A stretch of DNA of 60,067 bases, filler included, from Sphacelaria rigidula (lineage: Eukaryota), in the NCBI GenBank assembly GCA_964200075.2. It is 7 parts of 7 records of this genome, joined end to end, with 100 filler letters (N's around TTAATTAATTAA, not from the genome) between each part and the next. Parts side by side here need not be neighbours in the genome. Positions count along the whole stretch, not along the records: positions 34,383 to 42,877 come from CAXNAA020010977.1; positions 42,978 to 51,472 come from CAXNAA020010978.1; 5 more parts are not named here. One strand, given 5' to 3'. A program made the position numbers and the translations under genes. Below the pieces are notes generated by a model. That model was given only the letters and a program-made list of their open reading frames with translations. It was not told the origin of the DNA and did no database searches. Positions 37,636-48,437 of this stretch are shown piece by piece (position 1 is the stretch's first letter; each line of letters starts with the position of its first letter).

Positions 37636-39252
37636 CGGTCCACGGCACTTGACAGCCCCCCGCATACAAACAAGATCTAGAGGACCTTTCTGCACTGGAG
37701 CCCTGACATGAAGTAGCCGCCAGCTTTGTCTTTCTTCTTTCAACTCTCCCTCTGTAGTTCGACACTTCAAAGGATACTCGCCATGCGCATTCACTGTAGT
37801 TACGTTGGTGTGTAGCGGCCACAACAGCTGCTGTTCGTGCTCTTGTCTTATTATCTTCGCAATGACGGTAAACGTGGGGTGGCAGCTCGGGGGCGTGTGC
37901 TTCCCGACTGGTACAGACAAAGGGAGGACACTCGCTAGTGCAACAAGATTGTCCATCTACTGATGTGGAGCGAGCTTTCCGGAGGAACAAAATCACCTCA
38001 ACACCGACCACTCCCAGACTTGAATAAATGCGCAAAAAGTATATCCACCTACGGGGACCCACATTTTTTTAATCAGCTGCCCGCCACGGATGCTTTCAAA
38101 GAAGGTGAAGCCTCCACGCGTAGTACCGGAGTGCAGGCAGTACACAGCAGTAACACACACATAGTAAACAAAGTGAAGCCTTCACGTGTAGTACCGTAGT
38201 GCAGGCAGTAGTCAGTAGTCATATCCTCTGCATCTGCATCCACTGCCATGGACGTGCATCTGAATGTGACCTCGAACCCTACAGTGAAGACGGTATAGTA
38301 CTGTACTGTATTGGCAAAACACAGCTACCTACTGTGCTCGCGAGTACAGCCCGTGCTTGTAACCTGGCAGAGTACAGCCTGTACTCGGAAAAGGAGTAGT
38401 ACAAGATAACAAGTACAGGCTACAGCTGTGTCGTGTTTGCGAAGCATAGCCTATACTTGTAATGTCGTACTGTTTGCAAAATCCACGGCCTGTATTGTGA
38501 ATACTCTTGCCTGCTGCAACACCCTGGCATTTTATTGTACTACCGTTTTACCGTGAAGTCTATATCGTACAGTATATTTTGTGCCCATCATCTCGAGAAA
38601 AAAATATCATCCACGGCATCACCGGATGATGAAAGATCAAAGTGGGTGTTTTCCGTCGTGCTCAACATTGGGGTGTTTGCGCGGATGAAACTCGGGTTTG
38701 GTCGTGAAGTTCAGAGCAAGATGCAACTGTCACCCTACTTCGGTTGAACAACTATCTTTTAAAGACCCCGTCGACTATGGCGATGTGAAGACCAAATATC
38801 TGTGTTGGGCCAGGTTGGGCTCGGTCTTTCCTATTGGCCACCAATCTCAAGTCCTCTCGATCTTCACCAGTACGGTGTTTTGGGAAGAAAATTTGCCCCC
38901 AAAGTCCGTAGCAAAAAGACGGTTTTGATTTTCCCTCGGTTTGGTCTTTCAGATGTTCATGCTATTGGTCGACAGACCCAAAGGGTTCTCCGTCCTCCCG
39001 GCACGTACCACACCAGCTCTATCATCGCGCGTAGGGCGTACACCACACCATACGCCGAAGACGCTTGGTGTGACATTGGTGTTCACATGAAGTCAGCACA
39101 GCAGCATATGCACAAAGAAAGAGTGTTGAGCACAACTTGACACAGACAGCGAGTAGCACGAACAACATGAGACAAACGTGATGTGTATCCGGGCTGCATG
39201 GAAGTTCAGAGAAGGAAGGAAACATGCGACACAGCAGGACACGTTTTTCGGT

Positions 39253-40137
39253 TCACCTCCAACAGATAAGGCTGAGTCGAGGGGAATTGAAGGTTTTCGC
39301 GCAAACCGCGATCATGGCCGGGTGTTTCAAAATCGGCCCTCGGCAAAAATTGAGAACCCATCTGAAATGAGGGGAAGACCTATCACATTGGATATGTGCT
39401 GTTTCACCGTGCTGCAGCGCAAACATGCTCACGCTCTCTCTCATGTGCTGTAGCTGTCACACTTGTGCTGTGGTGTGTTCGGACCTTTGGGAAGACGGTT
39501 TGATCTCCGCTGGGAGTGCGTCAGTTGCCTGACTGTCACTGCATTAGGCTTTACAGAAAATGAGCGAATTTTTTTTTTCGGCCGGCAGTCCTACATACAC
39601 TACTGTTGTCGTTGTTGAATGTTTCGTCTCACGTCAAACGAACAAGGTGCTTCCCACACCCATCATTTTTATGCTGTATTTTGTTGTCGCTGTACTGTTG
39701 TGCATTCAAGAACTCTATGACGAACATGGCGTGATGTGCGCTGGAGAGGGCCTGACAGTTGTACTGCTGTATGCTGTGTTTCGGTTCGCACAGAATTTGG
39801 GTGGGATCCACGTGCTGTTCATAAAGTTAAAAATATTACGTACGGGACGACTGTGCAGCTGGTCTTTGGTAGTTCAGTTGTAGTCAGGTGCTGTGATCAG
39901 AAAAGACACGCAAGGTGGACGCGTGCAGGTTGGGGCAATCAAATTGATCCAGCACGGGGCTGCTGCATCCCAAGCGGTTGATGGTAGCAGCTGTCTGCCT
40001 TGATGTCCCATTCTCTACCTTATTTCAGACGGGTCCTCCTTTATTGACGCGTGCCGATTTTTAAACGCGCGGCGATGATCGTGCTTCGCGCCAAAATCTT
40101 GTACCTCACCTCGAGTCATCCTCATCTGTGGGAGGTG
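39253..40137. mobile_element. Non-autonomous TIR-type element (CACCTCC...GGAGGTG); second partial copy at 40720-41250
   Basis: 39253-39340 is imperfectly inverted at 40053-40137; internal blocks ggggaagacctatc, gaagacggtttg and gatgtgcgctggagag recur in 40720-41250. Confidence 0.6.
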
Positions 40138-42877
40138 CAGGGTGAGACAAATTTCAGACAGTCGGGCAGAGGTTCATCACTGCTTTCTGAACACGTTGGA
40201 CAGACAGTGTTGCCCAAGGTCAGCCTCTCGAGCAGTGCGTACCCCGTTGTGCTGGACGGTGTTGAAGAGTTGGTAGGTGCATAGCGAGTGACGCTTGAAG
40301 CTATGCCGAGAGCAGAAAGCAGCGCGGATCTGCTTTAATCGCCCCCAAAAGCCGGGGAAGGAAAGCATGTCACAAGGTCATGGCGCACCCTCGACAACAG
40401 TAGACTACATGAGTAAAAGTGTACTGCGTACAGTACAGGAGCGGAAAAACTGTTTCTCCGGTACGCGGTACACTGTTTGCCCGACGTAGGCCGTTGGCCG
40501 GGGTGTGTCGTTTTTCAAGGCCGTGACCTCGGGATTGCTCAAGTCTCAGAAGTAGTCAGCAAACTCGATGCGTAGCCGCATGCCTCTCTAAGCGCATTGG
40601 GGTTCAGAACTTCACACTGCGCAAATTACGTTGTTCGTGCTAATCGCTGTTGTGTACAGTCAGTACTACTGTTGTACACTGTTGTCAGTTGGATGTGCTC
40701 CAGTCAGCTGATTATCGGCTCACCTCCCACAGATGGGGACAACCCCAAGTGAACATCAATTATGTTGGGGATAACCCCAAGTGAACATCAATTATTTTCG
40801 CGCGAAGCGCAAATATATAGCGCTGCGTTTTCAAACCGCCACTCGACCAAAATCTAGCCCATCCGAAATCAGGGGAAGACCTATCGCATGGAATATGTCC
40901 TGTATCACTGTGCTGCAGCACAGACACACTCATGCGCTGTCTCTTGTGCTGTAGCTGTCGCTGCGTTGGGGTGTCCCCGGGTCTTTTTGAAGACGGTTTG
41001 CTCTCCGTTGGGACTGGCAGCGAGAGTCGCTTCAAACCCACAATTTATATGCTGTAGTTGTCGCTGTGCTGTCGCGCATCTGAACAGTTCACAATGATCA
41101 CGGTGCGATGTGCGCTGGAGAGTTCCTGGACAGTTGTAGTGCTGCATGCGGTGTTTCGGTCTGGACAGAGTTGGGGTGGGACCAAAGTACTTAGCGCCCC
41201 TTGGAGGAATCATACTTGGCTTGGGACTGAACACGGCTAATACACTTTACGCTACGACCTACTGTCTTATTCACGTACGTGAAGTTTTCCTGAATGCTTC
41301 GTAAATATAGAGAAAATAGTACAGGAGAAACCCTCACGAGTTTACTCCCACCCGGACTCAAGTGCGGACAAAGTCAGTGTCAGATGTATATCTTCGCTGG
41401 ACTCAGCAGCAAGAAACAGTGAGCGTTCATCGTTCTGCACTGAACACAGTATACTGCACGCTACTGGTGTCTCTGCTTAGTCTTGCACAACAACACTGCA
41501 GTGTGAAGCTATGTGGGCAACACAAGAGGGGTCAGGCAGGCGGCAAAGACAGGCCACAAGTAAAAAGTACGTCGTTTGTGCCCATGTGATTCGTGACTCG
41601 TTATCAAAATGATTCTCCTGGTCTGCAACAACTGCTGTGTCAAGTTGTGCTCAAAATACTGTTTCTTTGGGCATATGTTGCTATGCTGACCTCAAAAGAA
41701 CACCACTGCCACACCATCCCCCGTTGATTTGCCATGTTCCGGGCGTGTGCTCTGGTATTCGCGAGAGCAGCGAGGTGGCTGGTGTGGTGTTAGTTGTCGG
41801 GAAGACGGTTACGCGCTACACGTCACGCCTGTTGGTCAATTATTATTATTATTATTTCCGCACATTAGTCGGCCAATAGTATCTCATATTGAAAGTCCAA
41901 CCCGAGCGACACGCAATCATCGGATGTTGGGCTGACTTTGGACTTCGGGGGAATTACAAAGTCCAAGTCCTGACCCGAATTTGGTCTCCGCAAACACCGT
42001 GTTGACTCGTGCTGGCTGGACTTCGATACTCCGTCGGTCCTCTTTTTGGTTGTCTCTACTATACGCCGCTCGCCCCGGTGGCTCAGTTCGTAACCTCGAA
42101 ACCTTCTGACCTTGTATGCGTGTAGCTGTGTTCATGTGAACTATGTGCGTGCTGTTCACCTGCCCGCTGAGTGGGTTTGTAGAGGTGGCGCTCTCAAATT
42201 CAAAAACTTGGCTGTGGTTTTGCTCGTAACCCGAACCCACTTTGCTTGAAAACATCCGTAATGGGCAGCTGATTGAAAAAATGTGGGCTCCCGAATTAGA
42301 AAAAAACAACGCGGGATCGGCCATGATAAAAGGTCACAGTGAGAATAAGGATCCAGCTATATAGGTGGATATACTTTTGCGTGAATAAATGTACTAAAAA
42401 TATAGTTCATTTCCGGCCGGCGTATATCTGCCTGTACCTTAGAACCAGTTCCATGCTACGTTTGAGCATACCCGCCAGTCTAGAATCGAACACATTTTTG
42501 AATACACCCACCACCCCCAATAGTGACGACGCATCATAATGCGAACAGACCACGACATGTACACGCGCAGTACTACATGCACATGCCGTCGACGCAGTCG
42601 TTGGCGTTCCCCGCGACGCGTCCGAGACTGTCTCTTTAGGCGTAGAGTACTCCTTGATCTCGGTTGTGTAACTCATCTGGGTGGGCGCCCACTACGTCAC
42701 GTAGTTCCGTCTGCAGTGAAAATGGCTCAAGTACGATTGCACTACTGGGAGTGGCACTAGCGCGTTTGCCTCGTTCGATGCCCACTGGCATTCCGGGAGG
42801 CACGTGTTGTACGTGTACGTCAAGACGGATCTACAAGTAGTGGCCAGGGATAGATCGAGAGAACCTAGCGGGAACTT

Positions 42878-42977
42878 NNNNNNNNNNNNNNNNNNNNNNN
42901 NNNNNNNNNNNNNNNNNNNNNTTAATTAATTAANNNNNNNNNNNNNNNNNNNNNNNNNNNNNNNNNNNNNNNNNNNN
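42878..42977. other. Scaffold gap with artificial linker
   Basis: N44-TTAATTAATTAA-N44. Confidence 0.97.
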
Positions 42978-44893
42978 ATGACTCACTTACAGCGAATGAT
43001 CAAAGCCACTCTCAGTCGTATCATCTACTCTCAATCTCACGAAAACACTGTTGACTCTGAATCTGAAACTACACTCTGAATCTCACGAATATAGTGTTAG
43101 CTCTTATAGTACAGAACGCGTTTCGGGCCTCGCGAATGGGCATTTCGGAACTTGAATTATTCATTCACTAATAATTGACCGCCCTCACTCTTAATCGTAT
43201 CCTCTAAACTCATCCTCACGAAAACATTGTTCGTGTAACACGCGGCGGTTTTTTGCGGCCCACAATGTCACTTTTTGTGCCAAACGGGCTGTCGGGTTTG
43301 CCAGAAAAAACAGTCATTGCAACGTGATTACTCACCAGATTGGAGCCAAAATACAGTTAGAAGAGACCATTAAAAAACACGGTTATTTTTTTCTTTGCGA
43401 AGACATGCCCTCACGCCATCCTCGTCCTCGGGATATTTTTGCACGAATTTCTTGAATAACCCTTCTTCCTTGCTGCTGCCTATCCTCACCTTGGGCTGAC
43501 TCATCGATAGAGGGTGCCGCCGTCGAAGAAGGTACACCCCCATCGTCTCGCGAGCGCAGCTCTTCCCGCCAGCAGCTCAGAAGTCTCCTGGAAAGGCCTT
43601 GGTACTCGGGGAAACCGTTAAGCTCGTCTCTGCTCGAGAAGCGCGACATACATGGGTCAGACTACGTCGTTGGCTGATGAAAAGGGCATGTTAACTTTGA
43701 CCGGCGGCGTTGTGGTCGCTTGCTTGGGATCTCGTGTTGCGGTCAATTCCTCGTCAGTCCACTAGTGCACCCTGACATTCGTCCTTGAATTGGACACTGA
43801 GCTGTTGCTGGAACGGGTGAGTATCGGTGCTCGACTAGCGCGATTGCTGACTCACATCGCATCTCGGGTGCATGTACGGGTGGCCTACGGAGGGAAAGCA
43901 GAATTCGCGCAACCCATGCAACTGCACGCTCCACGTACAAGGATATATGTACAGCATCATCACCGGACTTACATTGTTTTAGACTCGTCTTCCAGGTCTC
44001 GTTCTAGAAGCACCCGCTCTTTCGTGCCTAGGGCCTCCCATTCCTGACATTTGTCCATAACCCTTAGCGAGGGAGACCAGGGCTGCAAATAAAATTGTTG
44101 GATTTCCGAAGCTCAGGCGCTACCCTGTGGGAAGCATGCCCCGGGATATAAACGGCTGCAAAGATGCCGCCTGAAGAGGCGGAGCGTGTAACGGATCGCA
44201 CCCCTCGCTATTCTCTGTCATTATCCATTGAAGCCCCCCTATTTGTTCAGTATTCCTTGATCAACACTCAGGTCTCGGATAGTGTTGATTGAAGTCCTCT
44301 GTCGACAAGCTATTGATGCATCCTCTCTCGCGGCATTAGATGTGTGATGCGCATGGTGTGGACAGAGGTACGTCCATTTCTACCGGGACGTGCACAATGT
44401 GACCGCGGGTCTGAGCAACCGCGTATGTCGACATCGTGCTCTTTGGCTCTGAAGATCCAAGATTTCCGCCGCATTTCCCAGCGACCCATCAGTCTCGATC
44501 AGTCTCGATATAATGGGTGAGCGTGGTCGGAAGCACTGGAAACACAGCACTCTGATGTCATTCTCAGTCAAGCTCTTTCGCGAGTATCTATCTGGCAGGG
44601 CTTTTCTACCGGAGGCGGAGGCCATGTAGCGACCGCGGTGTCTCCGGTTATTTTCCCCGGGTTTCTGGATCCTATAAAACCCAGGTTCGATGACAGTTGG
44701 GTACGACTGTAGTAGGTGGGTCTCATGGGAACTCACTCGGGTTATCCGGGAATCATCGGAACGAGATTTTAAAGGCGCCATATAACCTCCAAGGTTTCGA
44801 GTCAGGCAAAGTCAGACCTTGCTGTGACCGAGCAAAGCGATGCACCATATATGTGGAAACTATCTTCGACAGGGCGCGGGCCAGACGCATGTG

Positions 44894-45186
44894 CACGGGT
44901 GGCCACTGGGGTCTGTAACCTGGTCATTTTGGGACCTTATCCACCTTTGGCAAGGTCCGCGGGTTGGGTAGACAAGTGAGGAGGATTCGTACAGCATGGA
45001 CAGGATCGAAACAAAACATGTCCCAGTCTATAGGCGGGTGACTCCCCTGTAGACTGGAACATGCTTTGTTCCAAACCTGTCCATGCTGTGCGAATGCTCT
45101 CCAGTTGTCTACCCAACCCGCGGACCTTGCCAAAGGTGGATAAGGTCCCAAAATGGCCAGGTTACAGACCCCAGTGGCCACCCGTG
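44894..45186. repeat. 293-bp hairpin; candidate small-RNA precursor
   Basis: 44894-44975 pairs with 45105-45186 (81/82), and pairing continues imperfectly to a short loop near 45040. Confidence 0.9.
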
Positions 45187-45690
45187 TGGGCGCCGATACA
45201 AGTGGTGTCCCGCCCCTTGTGAGTTCGTGCATCGCTTCTCTATATATTTTTCGTCAGCACCATCTGTGCAAAAGGCCACAGCGCACTGCTCCATCACCCA
45301 GTCAAGCAGTCCCAAACACTGCGGGCCGAGCCCTATCACCCGGGTGTACGAATGAAGCAATCTGACACAGGTACCGGTATTTGGGACATTTCATACCCTA
45401 CCGAGACCGACCTATTAATCGTATTTTTTTCAAATGCTCAACGTACCTACGGTACCGATGATACCACGGTATTTCGAGATTTCAGTACCTGCCGTACCCG
45501 CTCAATCGGGTATTCTCATAACTCATAGAACGATACCTACGATACCACGGTATTTCGATATTTCAATACCCGCTCAATCGGGTATTTTCAAAACTCATAC
45601 CTACGATACCTACGCATACCACGGTATGGGATACCCCGGAAAAATACCAGTATACCACATACTCTGTAACTGTCCATTTGGGCCTATTTG

Positions 45691-46480
45691 ACCCTAAAAG
45701 TGATATCGCGATACTATCGCGATACAAAGAAAGACAAGTTTCTCTATCGACTATTGCCGAGATAGCCCCCCCCCCGAAACGTGCACCGGCACCATCCAAC
45801 GAACCGGCTGCGACCCCACAATTGGGCTCGTTTGCAGCAACTTCGCCCACATGAGAGGCGTGTAGCAGTCCGAAATCAGCTACGACGCCCAAATCAGTCG
45901 CGTCGTGCAGCACGAAACCAGCTTTAACGGCAGTTATGATCATCGCCTCCGTGCACGTTTTTGGCCAGTTTTTTTTTGGGGGGGGGGCTATCTCGGCAGC
46001 AGTCTATCGCGATGCTATCGCGATGCTATCGCGATGGACAGAAATTGCCAGGATTGGCATCGCGGTAGCGTCGCGATAGAAAGAAATTGCTTTTTGTTAC
46101 TGCCATACTATTGCGAAATAAAAGCCATTCCTCTCCATCGCGATGCTATCGCGATAGCATCGTTTACGACCAGAGGAAATCAAGTTGAGGTAAATTGTCT
46201 GGTCCTAGATATTTCCCCGTGAAAATGTTTGATGTCGCCAGTGGTCGTTGCAAGAAACTGTGTGATCCTGTGGCAGATAGTATCGCGATAAAAAAATACA
46301 AATTCTCTCTATCGCGATGGTATCGCGATGGTATCGCGATGCTATTACGATGGTATCGCGATGCTATCCGAGCCAACATTCCCTATCGCGATACCATCGC
46401 GATACCATCGCGATAGGGAAATTTGGCTTTTTCTATCGCGATACTATCGCGATATCATCGCGATAGGAAATTTTAGCCTA
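45691..46480. mobile_element. MITE-like element built from ATCGCGAT palindromes, often at 11-bp spacing
   Basis: About 19 TCGCGA cores by eye; ends ctaaaa.. / ..ttttag with inverted ATCGCGAT clusters. Confidence 0.7.
45749..46004. mobile_element. MITE with 27-bp TIRs and 4-bp TSD (TATC), nested in the ATCGCGAT element
   Basis: gactattgccgagatagC10 / G10ctatctcggcagcagtc (2 mismatches); tatc at 45745-45748 and 46005-46008. Confidence 0.8.
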
Positions 46481-47254
46481 AAGGAGCCGTCTCAGAATAT
46501 GTAGGGGTCCCGTAAATACCCGGGGTATGCCCGGTAAATACCGGAGGGTATACCCGGTAAATAGCGGACACGATGCACTCCCCACGGTGCAGCAGCTGGT
46601 CCCAACTTTTGCAAAGGCCAGAAGAAGTTGTCGGAGCAGGCACGTACTGTTTTCAAAAGAAATATAAACACAGCTTCCCCCTGATTTTCGTGTGTGAATC
46701 AGATCGAATGAACTTATTATTTTGTAGTCGGAAGTGCGGTCGAATTCTTTTTCTCAATCTGATAGGCCCGCCACATTTCTGTTCTTTGAAGGCTTCAACT
46801 CAAACTTGTAGTTAGTGGCGCGCGAAGAAAAACTACAAAACGATGACCCTGAGCCTTTTCAATCGAAAAAATGCGGTCGAAAGGCACGAAGCAACATTTG
46901 GGAGTCATCCTATGATAAGGGTGGGGGTACTTGATTGCACGAAAAACGAGGCTCATAAGTGCGTCGGACGATCTGTCACACTCGCAGTGCGCTCGTATTT
47001 GGCCGAGAGCGGTGTCGATCGGTATGAATGCGCATTATTTATCTTTATCAAGCTCGTTCGACTAACCGTTGCTGATTTCCACGACGATTTGGCTTGGAAT
47101 TTCGTGCAAAACGTGGCACACAATAACCCCCCCCCCCCTCCGAGGTCAATGATCTTATGACTTTGGCATGCATGATCACGAGTAAACCCTATCGTACGAT
47201 GATTCTTGACTCCTATTTTACAGACCACCACGCCAGATAACACCCGTTTACAGA

Positions 47255-47745
47255 ACCACGCTAACTCCATCCAACTCATTCTCAGCTACCACAGCAACCC
47301 TGCAGCATCGAGTACGAGTTGAGCGCAGGGATAGATACCCTGCAGTAATTGAGTATGATTCGTTCATTTCTTGGTGGCGAAACCTTGTGCATCTTCATTC
47401 ATGATAGGATCAGCGACGGAACCGCGGGGCACGGTGGAGAACCGACTTGTGAACTCGCTCATGGACAGTGCAGACAGTATAAAGCTGCACGCTGTTGAAG
47501 TCCTTTTTCATGTTGCATTGTAAGCAGAGAGGACTGATAGTCCTGGGTCGTCTGCACTGCACGTAGCCCGCTTCTCTTGAAACCCCTATTGTACAAAACA
47601 CGCATACACACACTGTAGACACTGCTTGCAAGCAGTGCAGTTAGTACAGACTGTGCTGTACACGGGTGAACATATTCTACCGTTTCACTCATGCCACTGG
47701 GTTTTTGCGATCGAAAGCTTGAAATTCGCTTGGACCCAACTGTTA
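47255..47745. repeat. Inverted homologue of 22990-23500
   Basis: Shared cactgcttgcaagcagtg, cccaggactatcag, caactcgtactcgatgctgcagggttgc, agctgagaatgagttggatggagtt. Confidence 0.8.
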
Positions 47746-47869
47746 GAACAGCAGATTTGTTATTGGTTTCTTCTTTCGATAGTCGCTCATATCGGGTAAT
47801 TAGCAGTACAACTTACGCATCCTCAGAAGATTGCAACTGTTCCAAGATTGTTAGCGGAGCTTCCATCTC

Positions 47870-48248
47870 TGTCGGGTTAATGTAAAGTTCTAGGATTCTC
47901 ATTACTTTGTTCTAGACTTCTGTCGGGTTAATGTAAAGTCGTAGGATTCTCATAAGTATGAATATTTTTATAAGAAGATTATTATTAGAAGATTCTCATA
48001 AGTAAGATTATTCTCATAAGTAAGACCGTAGGCGTAGCGCATTGATCCGAGGGTACTTGTGGGTTGCCCCCACACCCTCTCTCTCTCTTTTTCTTCTTCA
48101 CTCTCTTCACTGAGATTCTCGGCCACATGAGCGCCAATTTCCAACATCAGTCTTTTCGACAAGCAAGTGTGCTTTACCGCCACTTCGTGCTGGCTCCGTG
48201 CATCTCCTTGAGATATCACGCCACATCAAGAACTACCTCGTTCTTTCA
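47870..48248 (+). mobile_element. 5' LTR of a Ty1/Copia element (first 33 bp duplicated at 47921)
   Basis: TGTCGGGTTAATG... to ...TTTCA directly followed by the PBS. Confidence 0.75.
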
Positions 48249-48259
48249 GGTTATGAGCC
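48249..48259 (+). promoter_or_regulatory. Primer-binding site complementary to the tRNA-iMet anticodon arm
   Basis: GGTTATGAGCC is the reverse complement of GGCUCAUAACC; there is no TGG (CCA-complementary) start. Confidence 0.75.
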
Positions 48260-48437
48260 TCGATCGTGATCAGCACACCGCATCGACGTTCTTCTAGGTC
48301 CGTCACTTGAAGCCGTATCCTCCGAGGGAGCACCTCCGAGGACCACCGCAATTCTCCGGAGATTTTCGTCTAGAATAATTTCGACGAGATATCATCTCCA
48401 TCTTCGACTACTTCTAGTTCAACCGCCAGTGCCTATA

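Noticed and set aside
37535-38062. PolyQ/polyA ORFs
   Set aside because: They are produced by the (CTG)n run in the inverted repeat; no splice or domain support.
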